Source: a virus. From it: 64,000 bases of DNA. Shown here in pieces: positions 43,031-54,182 of this stretch (positions are counted from its first letter, which is position 1; each line of letters begins with the position of its first letter). Below the pieces are notes generated by a model that was not told the origin of the DNA, ran no database searches, and was given only the letters and a program-made list of their open reading frames with translations. Where the stretch lies: positions 13,333-77,332 of the IMG/VR virus record IMGVR_UViG_3300026118_000002; one strand, given 5' to 3'. A program made the translations under genes and the position numbers.

Positions 43031-43215
43031 TTGTCGCCTCCTTGTTCCATCCATGCCACGAGCGCGTCAACGGACTTCGCAGACACGAGCGTTCCTTTTC
43101 CGCGCCCACTGGAAACAAGGATGCGTTCATGGATGAGCCGACGCACGGTTTGATAGCTGAGATTCAGGATCGCTTGTGTCTCGCTCATTTTATAAAAAGC
43201 TGACTGAATTGTCAT
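42847..43215 (-). CDS. Excisionase-like HTH protein overlapping the integrase 5' end
   Basis: YKMSETQAILNLSYQTVRRLI. Confidence 0.65.
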   Translation of the reverse strand: MTIQSAFYKMSETQAILNLSYQTVRRLIHERILVSSGRGKGTLVSAKSVDALVAWMEQGGDKWEAPRMQSAPLAGRAVTTRTKTDNGGPISRKTASNTTIVVLRKQPPKPNARNLNSKKTDA

Positions 43216-43312
43216 CTCGCCCTCACCCTCACACACCCGACGCCGCGTCACGCCGCGCCAGCAACGTCTCGCGCGGCGTCGTCATCGTCGCGCCGCCAGT
43301 ATCTGCGATGCG

Positions 43313-44239
43313 TTAAACAGCCAATTCCATTACTTCCTGAGAGAGACGACGAACGGCAACCTCCACGTACTCTACCCCAATCTCGATCCCGATCGCGCAA
43401 CGGCCCAGGTTCTTGGCTGCCCGTAGTGTTGTGCCACTGCCTGCTGTGAAGTCCAATATCGTGTCGCCGGGGTTTGTATGCGTCGTGATAAGATACTCCA
43501 TAAGCGCGAGCGGCTTTTGGTTAGGATGAAGTCCATCGAGCCGATTGCCGTTATTCATTGATATAATGGTTGTTGGATAATACTCATCACTGATACGGGT
43601 CGTTGAGTGGTGTTGCCCCCAAACGGACGAGGTGCGCCGCATCCCGCCCTTGGTGCGTAATGCTCCCTTGCGAAGAAGGGGATTGTAGGTTGCTACGCCG
43701 CTACAAAACACGGAGATTAGCTCATGCTGTCGTAATGGCTGATGTTTTGCGTTTAGATAGCCTGTCGGCATATGCTTATCCCAAATCCAATCGTATTTGT
43801 ACCAACTAGGATTACTTGTTCGCAGTAGACTACTAAACGGCTCCTGTCCGAACAGCACGATTGCGCCACGCGGCTTGATCAGTCGCTTTAACTCTCTCCA
43901 CATCGCATCAAGCGGGATCGGACTATCCCACTCACTTGCTGTCGTGCCGTAGGGTGGATCACAAATGACGGCATCAAGGCTGTGATCGGGCAGCGTCGGC
44001 ATGACCTCTAGACAGTCACCGTGATAGATCGTGATACCGTTATGTTCATAGTAGGGCTGCATCGTCATCTCATTATCCGTCTCGTCCGTCTCACTCACAA
44101 CCGGCATCCCCGTCGCCCTATCGTCACTACTGCGATAGTAGCCCGCCCTCACCCCGCCACACTGCGGACTGTACCAGTACCACGGCACGCCACTGCGCAG
44201 CACGCAGAGCGGCCAGGAGGTGCGCTGTGTCATAGCCAC
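43313..44239 (-). CDS. DNA amino-methyltransferase, beta class (core domain from about 44068)
   Basis: GDCLEVM, CDPPYG, HPNQKP, LDFTAGSGTT. Confidence 0.9.
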   Translation of the reverse strand: MAMTQRTSWPLCVLRSGVPWYWYSPQCGGVRAGYYRSSDDRATGMPVVSETDETDNEMTMQPYYEHNGITIYHGDCLEVMPTLPDHSLDAVICDPPYGTTASEWDSPIPLDAMWRELKRLIKPRGAIVLFGQEPFSSLLRTSNPSWYKYDWIWDKHMPTGYLNAKHQPLRQHELISVFCSGVATYNPLLRKGALRTKGGMRRTSSVWGQHHSTTRISDEYYPTTIISMNNGNRLDGLHPNQKPLALMEYLITTHTNPGDTILDFTAGSGTTLRAAKNLGRCAIGIEIGVEYVEVAVRRLSQEVMELAV

Positions 44240-45179
44240 AACTCCGTACTGACCAGTTGCACACCATCAGTTCTGCGCGCCTGCATATCGCCATAGCCAA
44301 GATCGACGCCGATTGCGTTGCGCTGGAGCTTTGTCGCGGCACGTAAGGTTGTGCCGCTGCCGGCGAACGGATCAAGGATCGTGTCACCGGTGCCGCTGCC
44401 TGCGAGAATGCAGCGTTCGGCGAGTGCCTGTGGCATCGGCGCGTAGTGCTCTTCAGCGGGAGCCCGTGCGATGGAATATCCCAGACAGTGCGACAGTGCC
44501 GATCAATGAGCGGGGCAAGTTGCGCGGTGCTGGGTTCGCGTCGCCCGGAATTGAGCGGCGCATTTACAACGCCCTTCGATCCGCGCGGGGAGCGCGGATC
44601 GCCGTTGACCGCCGGTACCTTGACGGCATCCATATTGATATAATAGTTGCCCTGCTTACTGAATAAAAAGACTGTTTCATGGTCGCGACTGAACCGATCA
44701 CCAGCCGCATTTCCCTCTGGCATCGCATTTCTTTTCCACCAGATGATCTCATTTCGCAGTACCCAGCCCTGATCTTGCAATGCAAACGCCACGCGCCACG
44801 GCATGCCCATCAGCGATTTTGGCGGCAATCCGGTCGTCACCCGCCGCGCACCGGGCCGATCTTGCGTCTGCTTTCCATGCAGACCGTCGGCGTGCTTGCC
44901 GCCTGTCGAGCCGCCCCATTTGCCGTCATTCGCGTAGCAGTCGCCTAAATTAAGGAACAACACACCGTTGTTTTTGAGTACGCGCCAGCACAGCAGGAAC
45001 ACATCTGCAAGCGCGGCGACATACTCGATATGCGTTTGCTCTTGGCCGATCTCGCGCGGGTCGTCTGTGTACGATCGCATCCTCCAATATGGGGGCGATG
45101 TGCAAATCATCTGCACGCTTCCAGTAGCAAGCGTCGGAAGGAGTTCACGGCTGTCGCCTTGTAATATTTCAATACTCAT
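44230..45179 (-). pseudogene. Second beta-class DNA methyltransferase with a -1 frameshift near 44460
   Basis: TSPPYW in one frame; HYAPMP and LDPFAGSGTT in the -1 frame (44230-44436). Confidence 0.8.
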
Positions 45180-45378
45180 CCCAGTTCCATCACTTCCTGC
45201 TTCGTCTTCATCGCCTCAAGCCGCGCTATCGCCTCCGCCAACTCCTTGCGCGTCTCCGATGCTCGCACCGCGCTTGGCGAGTCCAGTCCCATTCGCTCGT
45301 GCAACGCAGCGTCTACCGCGTATCGTCGGCGCTCACGCTGCATGGCGGCGATAGCAAGGTCGATCGCGCGGTTGTTGG

Positions 45379-46266
45379 TCACGTGCGCGCCGCCTCTAGT
45401 GTCGCCAGCCATTTTGTATAGTTGCGGATGTTCTCAATCGCGAGCTGCGCTGGCTGATACGCCGTGAATTTCTCGTCCTTCGTGAAGGATTTGCGCTGCA
45501 CACCGTCGCCACCAGCGTAGGACCGACCGAACACCGCCGCCATCTCCGTACCCGCGCTGTCGGTCGAGAGACGGACACCTTCACACATGCGTTCATATCC
45601 CGCTGCAAGCTCGATCGCCGGCGGATAAAGCACGCCGAGAATATGCACACGCGTGACCCCCGTGCGGCGCACCCGAGGGAGCACTCGGCGCAGCACCTCG
45701 TCAAAGATTGGCATCATTAACGTAGGCATGCGACCTATTATGCAGAAGCCGCCCAGCGCCAGCCAGTCGCGCCCTGGACGCATCAGCGGAAGGAGTGAGT
45801 CTACACACGCAAGATACTGGCGCGGCGTAGCGCCTTGTGCAGCGTAGGCGATCGCGCCACGTACGCTGCCACGTAGACGATGATACTCACGCGCGCTACG
45901 CAGCGTCTCGGCGACAGCGGGGGCGGCGCTCGTCTCGTCGCCGCGCACCTTGACGCGCTTACCGTTGACGATCGCCTCGTCTACGCCGACAAGACAGTCA
46001 TAGGTCACAATCGCCTCAGCATGCGAAGGCCCGCCGCTGTACTCGATCTGCGCTTCTAGCCGCAACTGCCGTTCAAGCGCCGTCCAAGGCTGAAGACGCA
46101 GCAGCATATCCCTTTCTTGAAAAGCTCCGCTGTCAATAACGTAGCGCGTGTGCGGACAGAGATCGACCCGATAGTGCGGGTTGACCATCGCCAGCCCACT
46201 CACACACTCAGGCGCAAACGCAAGGCAGTTCAGTTCGTTATTGTTTTTCGAGGGATAGAACATCAC
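45379..46266 (-). CDS. TGT/DpdA-like transglycosylase
   Basis: VIDSGAFQ, TYD, AQG, LALGG, VHILGV, STDS motifs in TGT order. Confidence 0.7.
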   Translation of the reverse strand: MMFYPSKNNNELNCLAFAPECVSGLAMVNPHYRVDLCPHTRYVIDSGAFQERDMLLRLQPWTALERQLRLEAQIEYSGGPSHAEAIVTYDCLVGVDEAIVNGKRVKVRGDETSAAPAVAETLRSAREYHRLRGSVRGAIAYAAQGATPRQYLACVDSLLPLMRPGRDWLALGGFCIIGRMPTLMMPIFDEVLRRVLPRVRRTGVTRVHILGVLYPPAIELAAGYERMCEGVRLSTDSAGTEMAAVFGRSYAGGDGVQRKSFTKDEKFTAYQPAQLAIENIRNYTKWLATLEAART

Positions 46267-46799
46267 GCCCGCACCGCCTCTTTCGCCATTCGCGCGCGCC
46301 TCAGCTCACCTTCCACGAACAGCCCGCCGCCGATGGCATGTGCGATATGCTCAGATGGCAAATCCGTCAAAACAAACCGCGTGCGCGCTGCCCGACGCAT
46401 CGCATCGGCATCGGCGTGTCCATTGCCAACCAGTGCCGCTTTGCCCTGCGTCGGCAGAAATGGCCGCACCTCAAGGCCGAACGACGCGCCAATGCCGATG
46501 ATTGCACCGCCCGCGTTCGCCAGCTTTTTGAACGTCTGTGGATTGACGCCCTGCCAGGCATCCTCATAGCACAACACAAACTCACCACACGGCACAAACG
46601 CCTGCAACTCAGCAGTGATCAGGCGTGCGATATCCCAGATGCGCTTGTGCGCGGCTTTCGAGCCCTTATTCGGCGACCACAGCCACGTCTCCACCAGGCG
46701 CTCCTCGCCGTGATCGAATGCTAGCAGCGCGCCGCCAGCGGGGTTGTCGCCGCGCGTACCAGGGTCGATACTCAGGATGTATAGTGTCTCACTCGCCAT
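46263..46799 (-). CDS. ruvC: RuvC-like Holliday junction resolvase
   Basis: ILSIDPG, YED, PTQGKAALVGNGHA, EHIAHAIG. Confidence 0.75.
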   Translation of the reverse strand: MASETLYILSIDPGTRGDNPAGGALLAFDHGEERLVETWLWSPNKGSKAAHKRIWDIARLITAELQAFVPCGEFVLCYEDAWQGVNPQTFKKLANAGGAIIGIGASFGLEVRPFLPTQGKAALVGNGHADADAMRRAARTRFVLTDLPSEHIAHAIGGGLFVEGELRRARMAKEAVRA

Positions 46800-46925
46800 C
46801 GGCTTCCTCGATATCCACGCACTCCGCGCCACATTCGGGACACACACCCGCATCCGTCTCATTCCAACGACCTTGCCAAGGACAATCGGTGCATTCGCAC
46901 TCGGCTGGCCTTCTTGGTATTACTT

Positions 46926-49900
46926 TCATCCCAGCGCCTTCTTTCCCTTATCCGTCAGTTCGTAGCGATCCGTGCTGCCCACACGCGCAATCAGCCCACG
47001 TACCGCCAGCCCGCCACAGCTATTCCCGTTCACCCCATAACGCAACTTGCGTACGCTGACGAACCACCACACGCTCTCGCTGCGATACAACTTTGCGCCG
47101 TCGCGCAGCGATCTCAGGATGTCGCGCTGGACCGCGCCGATACGCGACGTAGTCATAGCGATAGTTCCTGCTGAACCGGACCCACGCGAGCCTCTTTCGC
47201 CGCAACCGCGTCAATCGCGGCGCGGGCTGCTGTGAGGTATTCGCGGCTTGGCTTCTTATCGATCTCTTGCCCATTCCTGTACGTTGCCCATACCGCGCGC
47301 TGTAACTCCCTCGGGACACGTCGCCAGTGAGCAGCACACATCAACAGTTTTGGTGATACGGGCTTCTCACAGCCACGCGCGTGGCATGTGTGCGGTTGCT
47401 CGATTGGTGTTGTCATCATCGTCCTCTCAGTTCACGTCGCTGCTTGTTGTACATCCGCATGTAGTGATTACGACAGCGCCCGCCGCGCGTCGCCGGCTGC
47501 TCACACTCTCGACAATGCTGTCCGCGCGGCTCGTACGTCGGCTCAAATGCCTGTGAGCGCCACCAGGACAGATAGCAGGCATTGCAGCGACGCGCAGCCT
47601 GGATAGGCCGCAATCCACAGACCAGACAGAGCATCATCGCCCGCATCCTTCGTTTGCCCGTATCGGCTGCCCTGTATTCCACGCGGCAAGCTCGGCAAGC
47701 TCTTGGTTGTGTTGCCGTGCCGCCTCTTGGTCAGCCTGACGCTGCCGATAGCGATCCTCTTGGCGTATACGAAAGCACTTCACGCACACAAGTTCATCGG
47801 ATTCGAGATCGTAGACCTCGTCAAAGAAGCCGAGATGAGAATCGACGCAGTACACCTGACGAACAATGCTGTACGTTCCGCCGATATTCCCCGCCTTAAC
47901 CCAGTCATCCGCATCGTCGTATGTCTCGAAATACACGTCGCCAATGCGATATTGATACAGGCCGCTCATTGCCCGCTCTCCTTCACCGCCATCCGCGCAC
48001 ACGCCGCGCCGAGTCTCGCCATTCGCGCTCGTCTACATCCTGTCGCTGCCACTCATCAGTTCTGACGCGGCGGGCGTTCGGGCAGCCACCAGCGCGATGG
48101 ATGACAGCGGATTCAGTGTGCTGTCCTGCGACTTTGACGAGGACGGTGATCATTGGCGTTGTCTCAACTAGCATCGTCATTTCCTCTAATCGCCCGCCGC
48201 AACTCTGCCACCGTCGCCGCGCGGCGTTCCATTGTCATCGCAGCGCGTGCTTGGAGCGTTGCGGCAGCATGCATCGCCTCAGCAGGCAGGCTGTACAAAA
48301 GCGTTGACCAGATATTCGCGCTATGCCGCATGTAATAACGCTGCAAGACAGGACTGAACAAAAGTTCCCACCCGTCGCTTTCAAGCGCGGCGAGCGTCGT
48401 CGTTGGCACCGGCGCAACCGGCGTGATCTCGGCTGGTGTGCTGGCGGCGCGCTGTGGTTGTGTGGCGCGGCGTGCGGTGAAGGCGCGCTGGCTACTTCGT
48501 GTCATTGTTCGCCTGCCGGAATGCGTTGACCGCTGCTACCACGAGGTACGCATCGGCGATGTCTCGCGCCTCGCAATTCTCCATATCGCCAAAACACATG
48601 ACACATCGGCCATCGCCGGCAAAGACGGCGACCATACCCACATACCCATCTCGATTATCATCCACAACCCACGGCAACGGGCTGTGTGCTTGCATCAAAT
48701 CAGTCGTCATAATCCGTCTCGCTCTCCAATACCAGAAACTCGTCTGTGCAATATCCGCACTGCACACACTCGTAAAAATACGACTCGCGCCCGTCATCGC
48801 CGCACTGCTCGTGTCGCATCATCGGCGTCTCATAGCACACCGGCCCTGCATAGTCATCCATATCCCGCTCCCGCATCTCGTCCATCACCCTCGGATGCAC
48901 ACATCCCTGAAACGCTACACCACACGTAGGACACACGCCCTGCCCGCGCCCGTACAGCCGCTCGGCATTGCCTGGCAGTGGACTCGCGGCAAGCCCGGTG
49001 AAGCCGACGTATGCCAGCGACGTACCGCGCCAGCCGCAGTGATTGCAGTCATACATCAGAACTTGCTCCATGTCTCTATTGCACATGTGCGATGGTACGG
49101 ATACCCGGTCTGAAACGCAGGCACTTCGCCTGTATATTCAAAATAGCGCTCGCCGACTCCTATTCCCTTCTCGCACGCTCGGCACACGTGGGACTTTCGG
49201 GCTGTACGCCACTGTCCTGGCACATTGAAAGTCGGCTCGTTGTTTCGCTCATCCATGCCCCACTCCCTTACACCGCTCCATCTCCCTCAGCGCCCGCTCG
49301 CGTCGTCGCAGTGCCGTCTGCAACGACAGCGCCGCCTCCATCAGCGAGTCCTGCGAATGACCGTAGCCACCGATGATGGCCGTCCAGTGTGCTACGTCGC
49401 GCTCTGCGGCAGCGAGGCGGCAGCGCGGGCAGTGGCAGGCGTGTGGGGCGTGCTGCTGGGCGATGGCTGTCATTCTGCGGCTTCTTTCTCGCACACAAAA
49501 CCATCGATCGCATAGCAGGCGTCGAGCGCTGCCTGCAATATCTCTGTGACCGATGCGCTGACTGTCGGGTCTGCGAGTGCCGCTTTGATCGCGACAGTTA
49601 GATTATGCTTGTCGAACTCCAGGAAACTCGCCTGATCAACCCAACCGCTCGCGTACTCGTCAAGACGTTTGATTCGTTCGCGCAAGGCGTCGAAGAGTCC
49701 CGCGCGCTCGCGCAGCCCGTCGCACTCCGCCCGCAAGAAGAGTATTCTTGCCCAGCGTAATTCGCTTTCGCGCGCGATTGGTTCGAGCCGTGAAACCTCC
49801 TGCAATGCGGATTTGCGCCGTTCGTCAAAAATGGCAACCGATTTGAGTGCCGAATCGAGTTGTGCCCGTAGCAGATCGCGCTCTGCGCACACACGCGCTA

Positions 49901-50164
49901 GTTGTTCGTGCGCCTCAAATATCATCGCAACACCTCGATCGTTCGCTGATAATCCCAGCCGCGCCGCCTACACAGCGCCCTCAGCCGCCCCAGCGCCGCC
50001 GACTCCATCGCTGCCTCAGCACGCCAGTAGTCGCGCACCTCGGACCAACAGCCCGCCGCTGCTGCGGCCCACGGCGCGACAATGCGATCATCGTCGGCGT
50101 GGCTCATGCCAGTACCTCGATCTCGCGCTGGCGCATTAGGTACTCGCGCGCCCGACGCCCGCAT
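46926..50164 (-). other. Array of small hypothetical genes, many Cys-rich
   Basis: Tightly coupled minus-strand ORFs with CxxC motifs (e.g. 47153-47419, 48700-49086, 49056-49256). Confidence 0.55.
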
Positions 50165-50634
50165 GCCTCATCACAAAACACATTCCACTTGCTCACAGGA
50201 CGCCCGCGCTTGCCGACGCCAGCCATAAGCTGCGCCTTCGTCGGATGCCCATCGAGCAGTTGCCACGAGCAGCCGCTGAACCAGCCGTCGCGCTGCATGC
50301 ACTGAAGTCGCACGATCAGCCAATCCGGTACGTTCGCAAGTTTGGCAGCCAGAAAGACGCGCTGAAGTGACACCCAACTGTCGCTGTAGATCGCGCCTGT
50401 CCATGCATACGGAAGGCTCGCGCGCGCATTCAGGATGGCGAGCAGTTCTGTCAGGTTGTTCGTGATTGCGGGCAGCCCAGCCTCTGTCGGCGTGATGACG
50501 CTGCTTGCGCTTCTGACGATGCTGCCGTCGCGTACCTGGCACCATGCCCATGTGCCGCCGATCGGGCTTGGATTCGCGCCGATAACCCCGCCGTCGGCGT
50601 ACACAGACTGAATGTCAATTAGTGATTCACTCAT
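50104..50634 (-). CDS. RNase HI-like protein
   Basis: YADGG..G.NP, TNNLTEL.A, YSDS, GH, N.FCD. Confidence 0.8.
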   Translation of the reverse strand: MSESLIDIQSVYADGGVIGANPSPIGGTWAWCQVRDGSIVRSASSVITPTEAGLPAITNNLTELLAILNARASLPYAWTGAIYSDSWVSLQRVFLAAKLANVPDWLIVRLQCMQRDGWFSGCSWQLLDGHPTKAQLMAGVGKRGRPVSKWNVFCDEACGRRAREYLMRQREIEVLA

Positions 50635-50648
50635 CACACACACTCACA

Positions 50649-53204
50649 CTAATAGCCTTCCGGCGTACGGTGCGATAGGTCGCTAAATCGTGTCGTTGCC
50701 GCGTCGAAGCGCAGCGGCACGACACCGATCGGGCCGTTGCGGTGCTTGGCGACATGCAATTCGGCGATGCCCTTCCGATCGGTCTCTTTGTCGTATAGCT
50801 CATCTCGATAAATAAAGATGACGATATCCGCATCCTGCTCCAGCGCGCCGCTGTTGTGGGCAATGATGCCGTTGCCCACAAAGTTCCCACATCCTGGAAC
50901 AGAGATGTCAAAAACCTCTTCTTCTCCAGCAGGCTCGATCGATGCTATAGGTTCCCACAACAGATCGCTATTTGCCCATCGTCGCAGCTCGTTGTCATCT
51001 AACCGCTCTGCCCATTCCGCGCACACATCACGCCGCATGCGCTTCCCTTGATCGCGTCGTCTCGCCTTACTTGCCAAGAGCGACGATACCTCTTTGGGTA
51101 GCGTGAATAGATGATTGCCCGTTTGTCTTTTTGTCAGGCTTTCGAGCATCACCTTGAGTAGTTCGCCCTTCCTTCCAATGGCGGGGACGATCTGCGCAAA
51201 GCGCCGCAGGTTATGTGCAGATGTAGCCACATTGATCCGATAGATTGGCTTTGTTCTTTTCACGGACATATGCCCGCCATCGACGCAAGCAATGACGCCA
51301 AGGATAAGCAATAGCGCCTGTATGTCTTCTGCGAGCGCGCGACTTACTGTATCGAAGTGGATTGCCCACTTCGGTGACTTACTCCCCTTGAACCGTACCT
51401 TGACACATCCATCAGAACTGAGATACCCCGCAACAAACTGTGCTGCATTTAGCACGTTCTCAAAAACAAAAGGAGGGACGTGTTTTGTCGAGTCGCGCTG
51501 CCCTTCCACGCCAATTTCACGCAACCACTCACGAAGCGGATTGCCATGTGGTTTTCCGTAGCCATTCTCCTGTAAGCAGACGAAATTAGCTTCTTGGTAT
51601 CGTTGATCGTCATGTTTCATTCGCACTGAAACATCGGGAAAATGATGACTAACAATAGAAACGACATCCGCGAACGTCGCGGGGTCAGATGAAATAAACC
51701 CAACGGCACGGTGGTGTTGATAGGTTCCGTCGCCAGTAAGGTAACCGAGCAGCCGACAAAGATCGGGGCTTAAATCAGCCGTTCCGTGCGACTGGAGTTT
51801 CATGGTTGTTGCAATAAGATCACCCGGTTGGAGATAACCAACCGCACACCACCCCGTTGCAGTTAAGAGCGGGTGATTAATTGTTGCGGTGATGCGCCGC
51901 CCCGTACGTGTTGTAACCGTAAACACCGGTTTAATCCCGGTAGACCAAACATCACCAACAACGAAGGGCGCGGTAAGATCGTCGGTATTCAGCCCAAGCA
52001 CTTTATCGCCCGGCTTTACCTCTCGGATGGGAACCCAATGACCGGTATCTGCATTGATCAGACGAGTTGAGCCTGTTACACACTCTCTCAAATCTGAGAG
52101 CATCGGCACATGCGAGGTGCGACCTTCGACCGCGCGCGAGAGCTGCGAAAGCGCGATCAGTGGCACATTCGCATCGCGGGCGATCTGCTTGAGCCCGCGC
52201 GAGATTTGACTGACCTCCTGTACGCGGTTCTCACTCTTGCCGCCGAGCATCAGTTGCAGGTAGTCCACAATCACCACACTGTTGGGATACTGCTGCAAAT
52301 GACGCATCACGCGCGCCCGCACCCCCGCAATCGACATGGACGCGTTATCGCAGAGAATGATCGGTAGTTCGCTCACAACGCCGAACGCATCTGCTAATCG
52401 CGCCATTGGCTCGCCTTCTTGCACGAGTCGATCGCGAATATCTCCGCTATTGATGCCGCTGTGGATGCTCGCAAGGCGAATCGCAAGCTGATCTTGATTC
52501 ATTTCGAGACTAAAGAGCAGTCCGGGCTGGTTATACCGAGCCGCGATATTGTACAGAAGCGACAGCGCGCAGCTTGTTTTGCCGACCGACGGACGAGCTG
52601 CTAGGATAATCAGATCGCCGCGCTGCAATCCGCCGGTCATCTCGTCAAGGTCACGAAAGCCGGTCTTGATCCCCGGCGCGTGCGCGCTGTGGATCGATTC
52701 CCACACGCGCATCATCACGTCACGAATATGGACTAAATCCTCACTGCGCCCGCCCTGCGTTGCCTGAGTCAGGATCGTCTGTGCCTTGGCACGAACGGAC
52801 TCTAGTTCGTCCTGCTCGTCGTAGCCCAGCGCCGCGATCTGCCCACCGGCAGCAATCAGCTCGCGATTGCCGGCCAACCGCTCGACAATCCGCGCGTAAT
52901 ACCCGACGTGATAGCTCGTCACAAGCGTGTCGTCAATGCCGTAGAGATACGACATCCCGCCGATGATCTCAAGCTGATCGCGCCGGCGTAGTTCCTCAGA
53001 GACCATGCGAATATCCGGCGGCTCGCGTCGGCTAAAGCATGCCAGCACCGCCTCGTATACCCAGCGATGCTTTTCGAGATAAAACATGCTGGGCTGTAGC
53101 CAGGACACGACAGCGGTTAAGGCATCGCGGTTGCGGAGTATCGAGCCTAAAACGTCGCGTTCGGCGTCAATGTTCGCCGGTAGCATGTGTTCGTGGTCGG
53201 TCAT
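50649..53204 (-). CDS. dnaB: Replicative helicase DnaB containing an intein
   Basis: AARPSVGKT, FSLEM, IVDYLQL, LSQLSR, SDLRE|intein|SGALEQDAD, AKHRNGP. Confidence 0.95.
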   Translation of the reverse strand: MTDHEHMLPANIDAERDVLGSILRNRDALTAVVSWLQPSMFYLEKHRWVYEAVLACFSRREPPDIRMVSEELRRRDQLEIIGGMSYLYGIDDTLVTSYHVGYYARIVERLAGNRELIAAGGQIAALGYDEQDELESVRAKAQTILTQATQGGRSEDLVHIRDVMMRVWESIHSAHAPGIKTGFRDLDEMTGGLQRGDLIILAARPSVGKTSCALSLLYNIAARYNQPGLLFSLEMNQDQLAIRLASIHSGINSGDIRDRLVQEGEPMARLADAFGVVSELPIILCDNASMSIAGVRARVMRHLQQYPNSVVIVDYLQLMLGGKSENRVQEVSQISRGLKQIARDANVPLIALSQLSRAVEGRTSHVPMLSDLRECVTGSTRLINADTGHWVPIREVKPGDKVLGLNTDDLTAPFVVGDVWSTGIKPVFTVTTRTGRRITATINHPLLTATGWCAVGYLQPGDLIATTMKLQSHGTADLSPDLCRLLGYLTGDGTYQHHRAVGFISSDPATFADVVSIVSHHFPDVSVRMKHDDQRYQEANFVCLQENGYGKPHGNPLREWLREIGVEGQRDSTKHVPPFVFENVLNAAQFVAGYLSSDGCVKVRFKGSKSPKWAIHFDTVSRALAEDIQALLLILGVIACVDGGHMSVKRTKPIYRINVATSAHNLRRFAQIVPAIGRKGELLKVMLESLTKRQTGNHLFTLPKEVSSLLASKARRRDQGKRMRRDVCAEWAERLDDNELRRWANSDLLWEPIASIEPAGEEEVFDISVPGCGNFVGNGIIAHNSGALEQDADIVIFIYRDELYDKETDRKGIAELHVAKHRNGPIGVVPLRFDAATTRFSDLSHRTPEGY
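50853..52082 (-). mobile_element. 410-aa intein with LAGLIDADG endonuclease
   Basis: Starts CVTGSTR, block B TINHPL, LLGYLTGDG and FVAGYLSSDG, ends VFDISVPG..NFVGNGIIAHN followed by Ser. Confidence 0.95.
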
Positions 53205-54175
53205 GTCGTGTTCTTTGCCTTTGCAAACGGATTCAACTTCTTGGCAGCGGCAGCCATCTCGTCAGGCGTGCCGCGTGGCTCGGTCGGCGGCTGGTAGAGC
53301 GGAAGCGACGGGCGCTGTTGCCCCTGCGGCGCGGGTCCGTTGGCGTGTGCGCTATTGCCGTTCAGGCTGGGCGGGATAACCGCAGTCGCCTTCCCCCAAA
53401 TCTCAATAAGCTCATAAGGCTCTGGCGGGCGCTTTTCTTTTTTGGCCCGCCAGTCGTAGTCGTACCACCAGCGTTCGCGGATACGCACATCGTCGGGTGT
53501 TGCATCGGCTTTCTTGAGTGTTCGATATGCTTCGTTCAGTTCCTTACGCTGTCTTGAAATGGCGATCTTTGGGTCAATCTTGCAGGCTTCCGCAATAGCA
53601 AGTGCTAGTTCATTTCGGGTGTGTGTGTGTTCACGCGCGGTAACTGGTACTGATTCACTCACACACACATCTGGATTCTTAACATGTTCTTCTTCTTGTT
53701 CATACAGTGAACACTTCACGTTCACTGTATGAACACTTTCGTCTAAAGCGTTCGTGTGGTGAACGCTTTCCGGTGTAGCTGTTCGTGTGGTGAACGCTTC
53801 TTTTGTAGTGTTCACTGTATGAACACTTTCGTCTGTGTCTTCTTTGCTGTATTTTCTGAAGTTCTCAGGCCAGAGATCAACGATAGTTATCTGGTCTACT
53901 TGCCCGCCGCGCGTGGTTCGCGTCGTCTTCTCTATCAGGTGCTTATCGAGTAGTTCTTGCTTGGCTTTCGATACCTGTCCCATAGACATACGACACGCTG
54001 CTGCGATCGCCCGCGTCCCTTCCCAGCATGCGCCATCGTCGCCAGCTCGTCGCTTGAGATGGACGTAGAGACGAAATGCGTAGACAGAGAGATCGGAATC
54101 TGCTATCAGGTTCGGCAGTTCGGTACGATAGCGATGTAACGAACTTCGGTCTTTGATGCGCGTTTGGTCGGTCAT
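53201..54175 (-). CDS. Replication initiator (lambda O-like, N-terminal HTH)
   Basis: LSVYAFRLY..L...AG...CW....IA..C.MS...V; directly upstream of dnaB; internal iterons. Confidence 0.8.
   Translation of the reverse strand: MTDQTRIKDRSSLHRYRTELPNLIADSDLSVYAFRLYVHLKRRAGDDGACWEGTRAIAAACRMSMGQVSKAKQELLDKHLIEKTTRTTRGGQVDQITIVDLWPENFRKYSKEDTDESVHTVNTTKEAFTTRTATPESVHHTNALDESVHTVNVKCSLYEQEEEHVKNPDVCVSESVPVTAREHTHTRNELALAIAEACKIDPKIAISRQRKELNEAYRTLKKADATPDDVRIRERWWYDYDWRAKKEKRPPEPYELIEIWGKATAVIPPSLNGNSAHANGPAPQGQQRPSLPLYQPPTEPRGTPDEMAAAAKKLNPFAKAKNTT
53698..53834. repeat. Iterons / replication origin inside the initiator gene
   Basis: Five GTTC-N7-GAAC(A/G)CTT units; 25-bp direct repeat at 53720 and 53810; 19-bp direct repeat at 53750 and 53781. 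Confidence 0.75.
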
Positions 54176-54182
54176 AGGGTGC

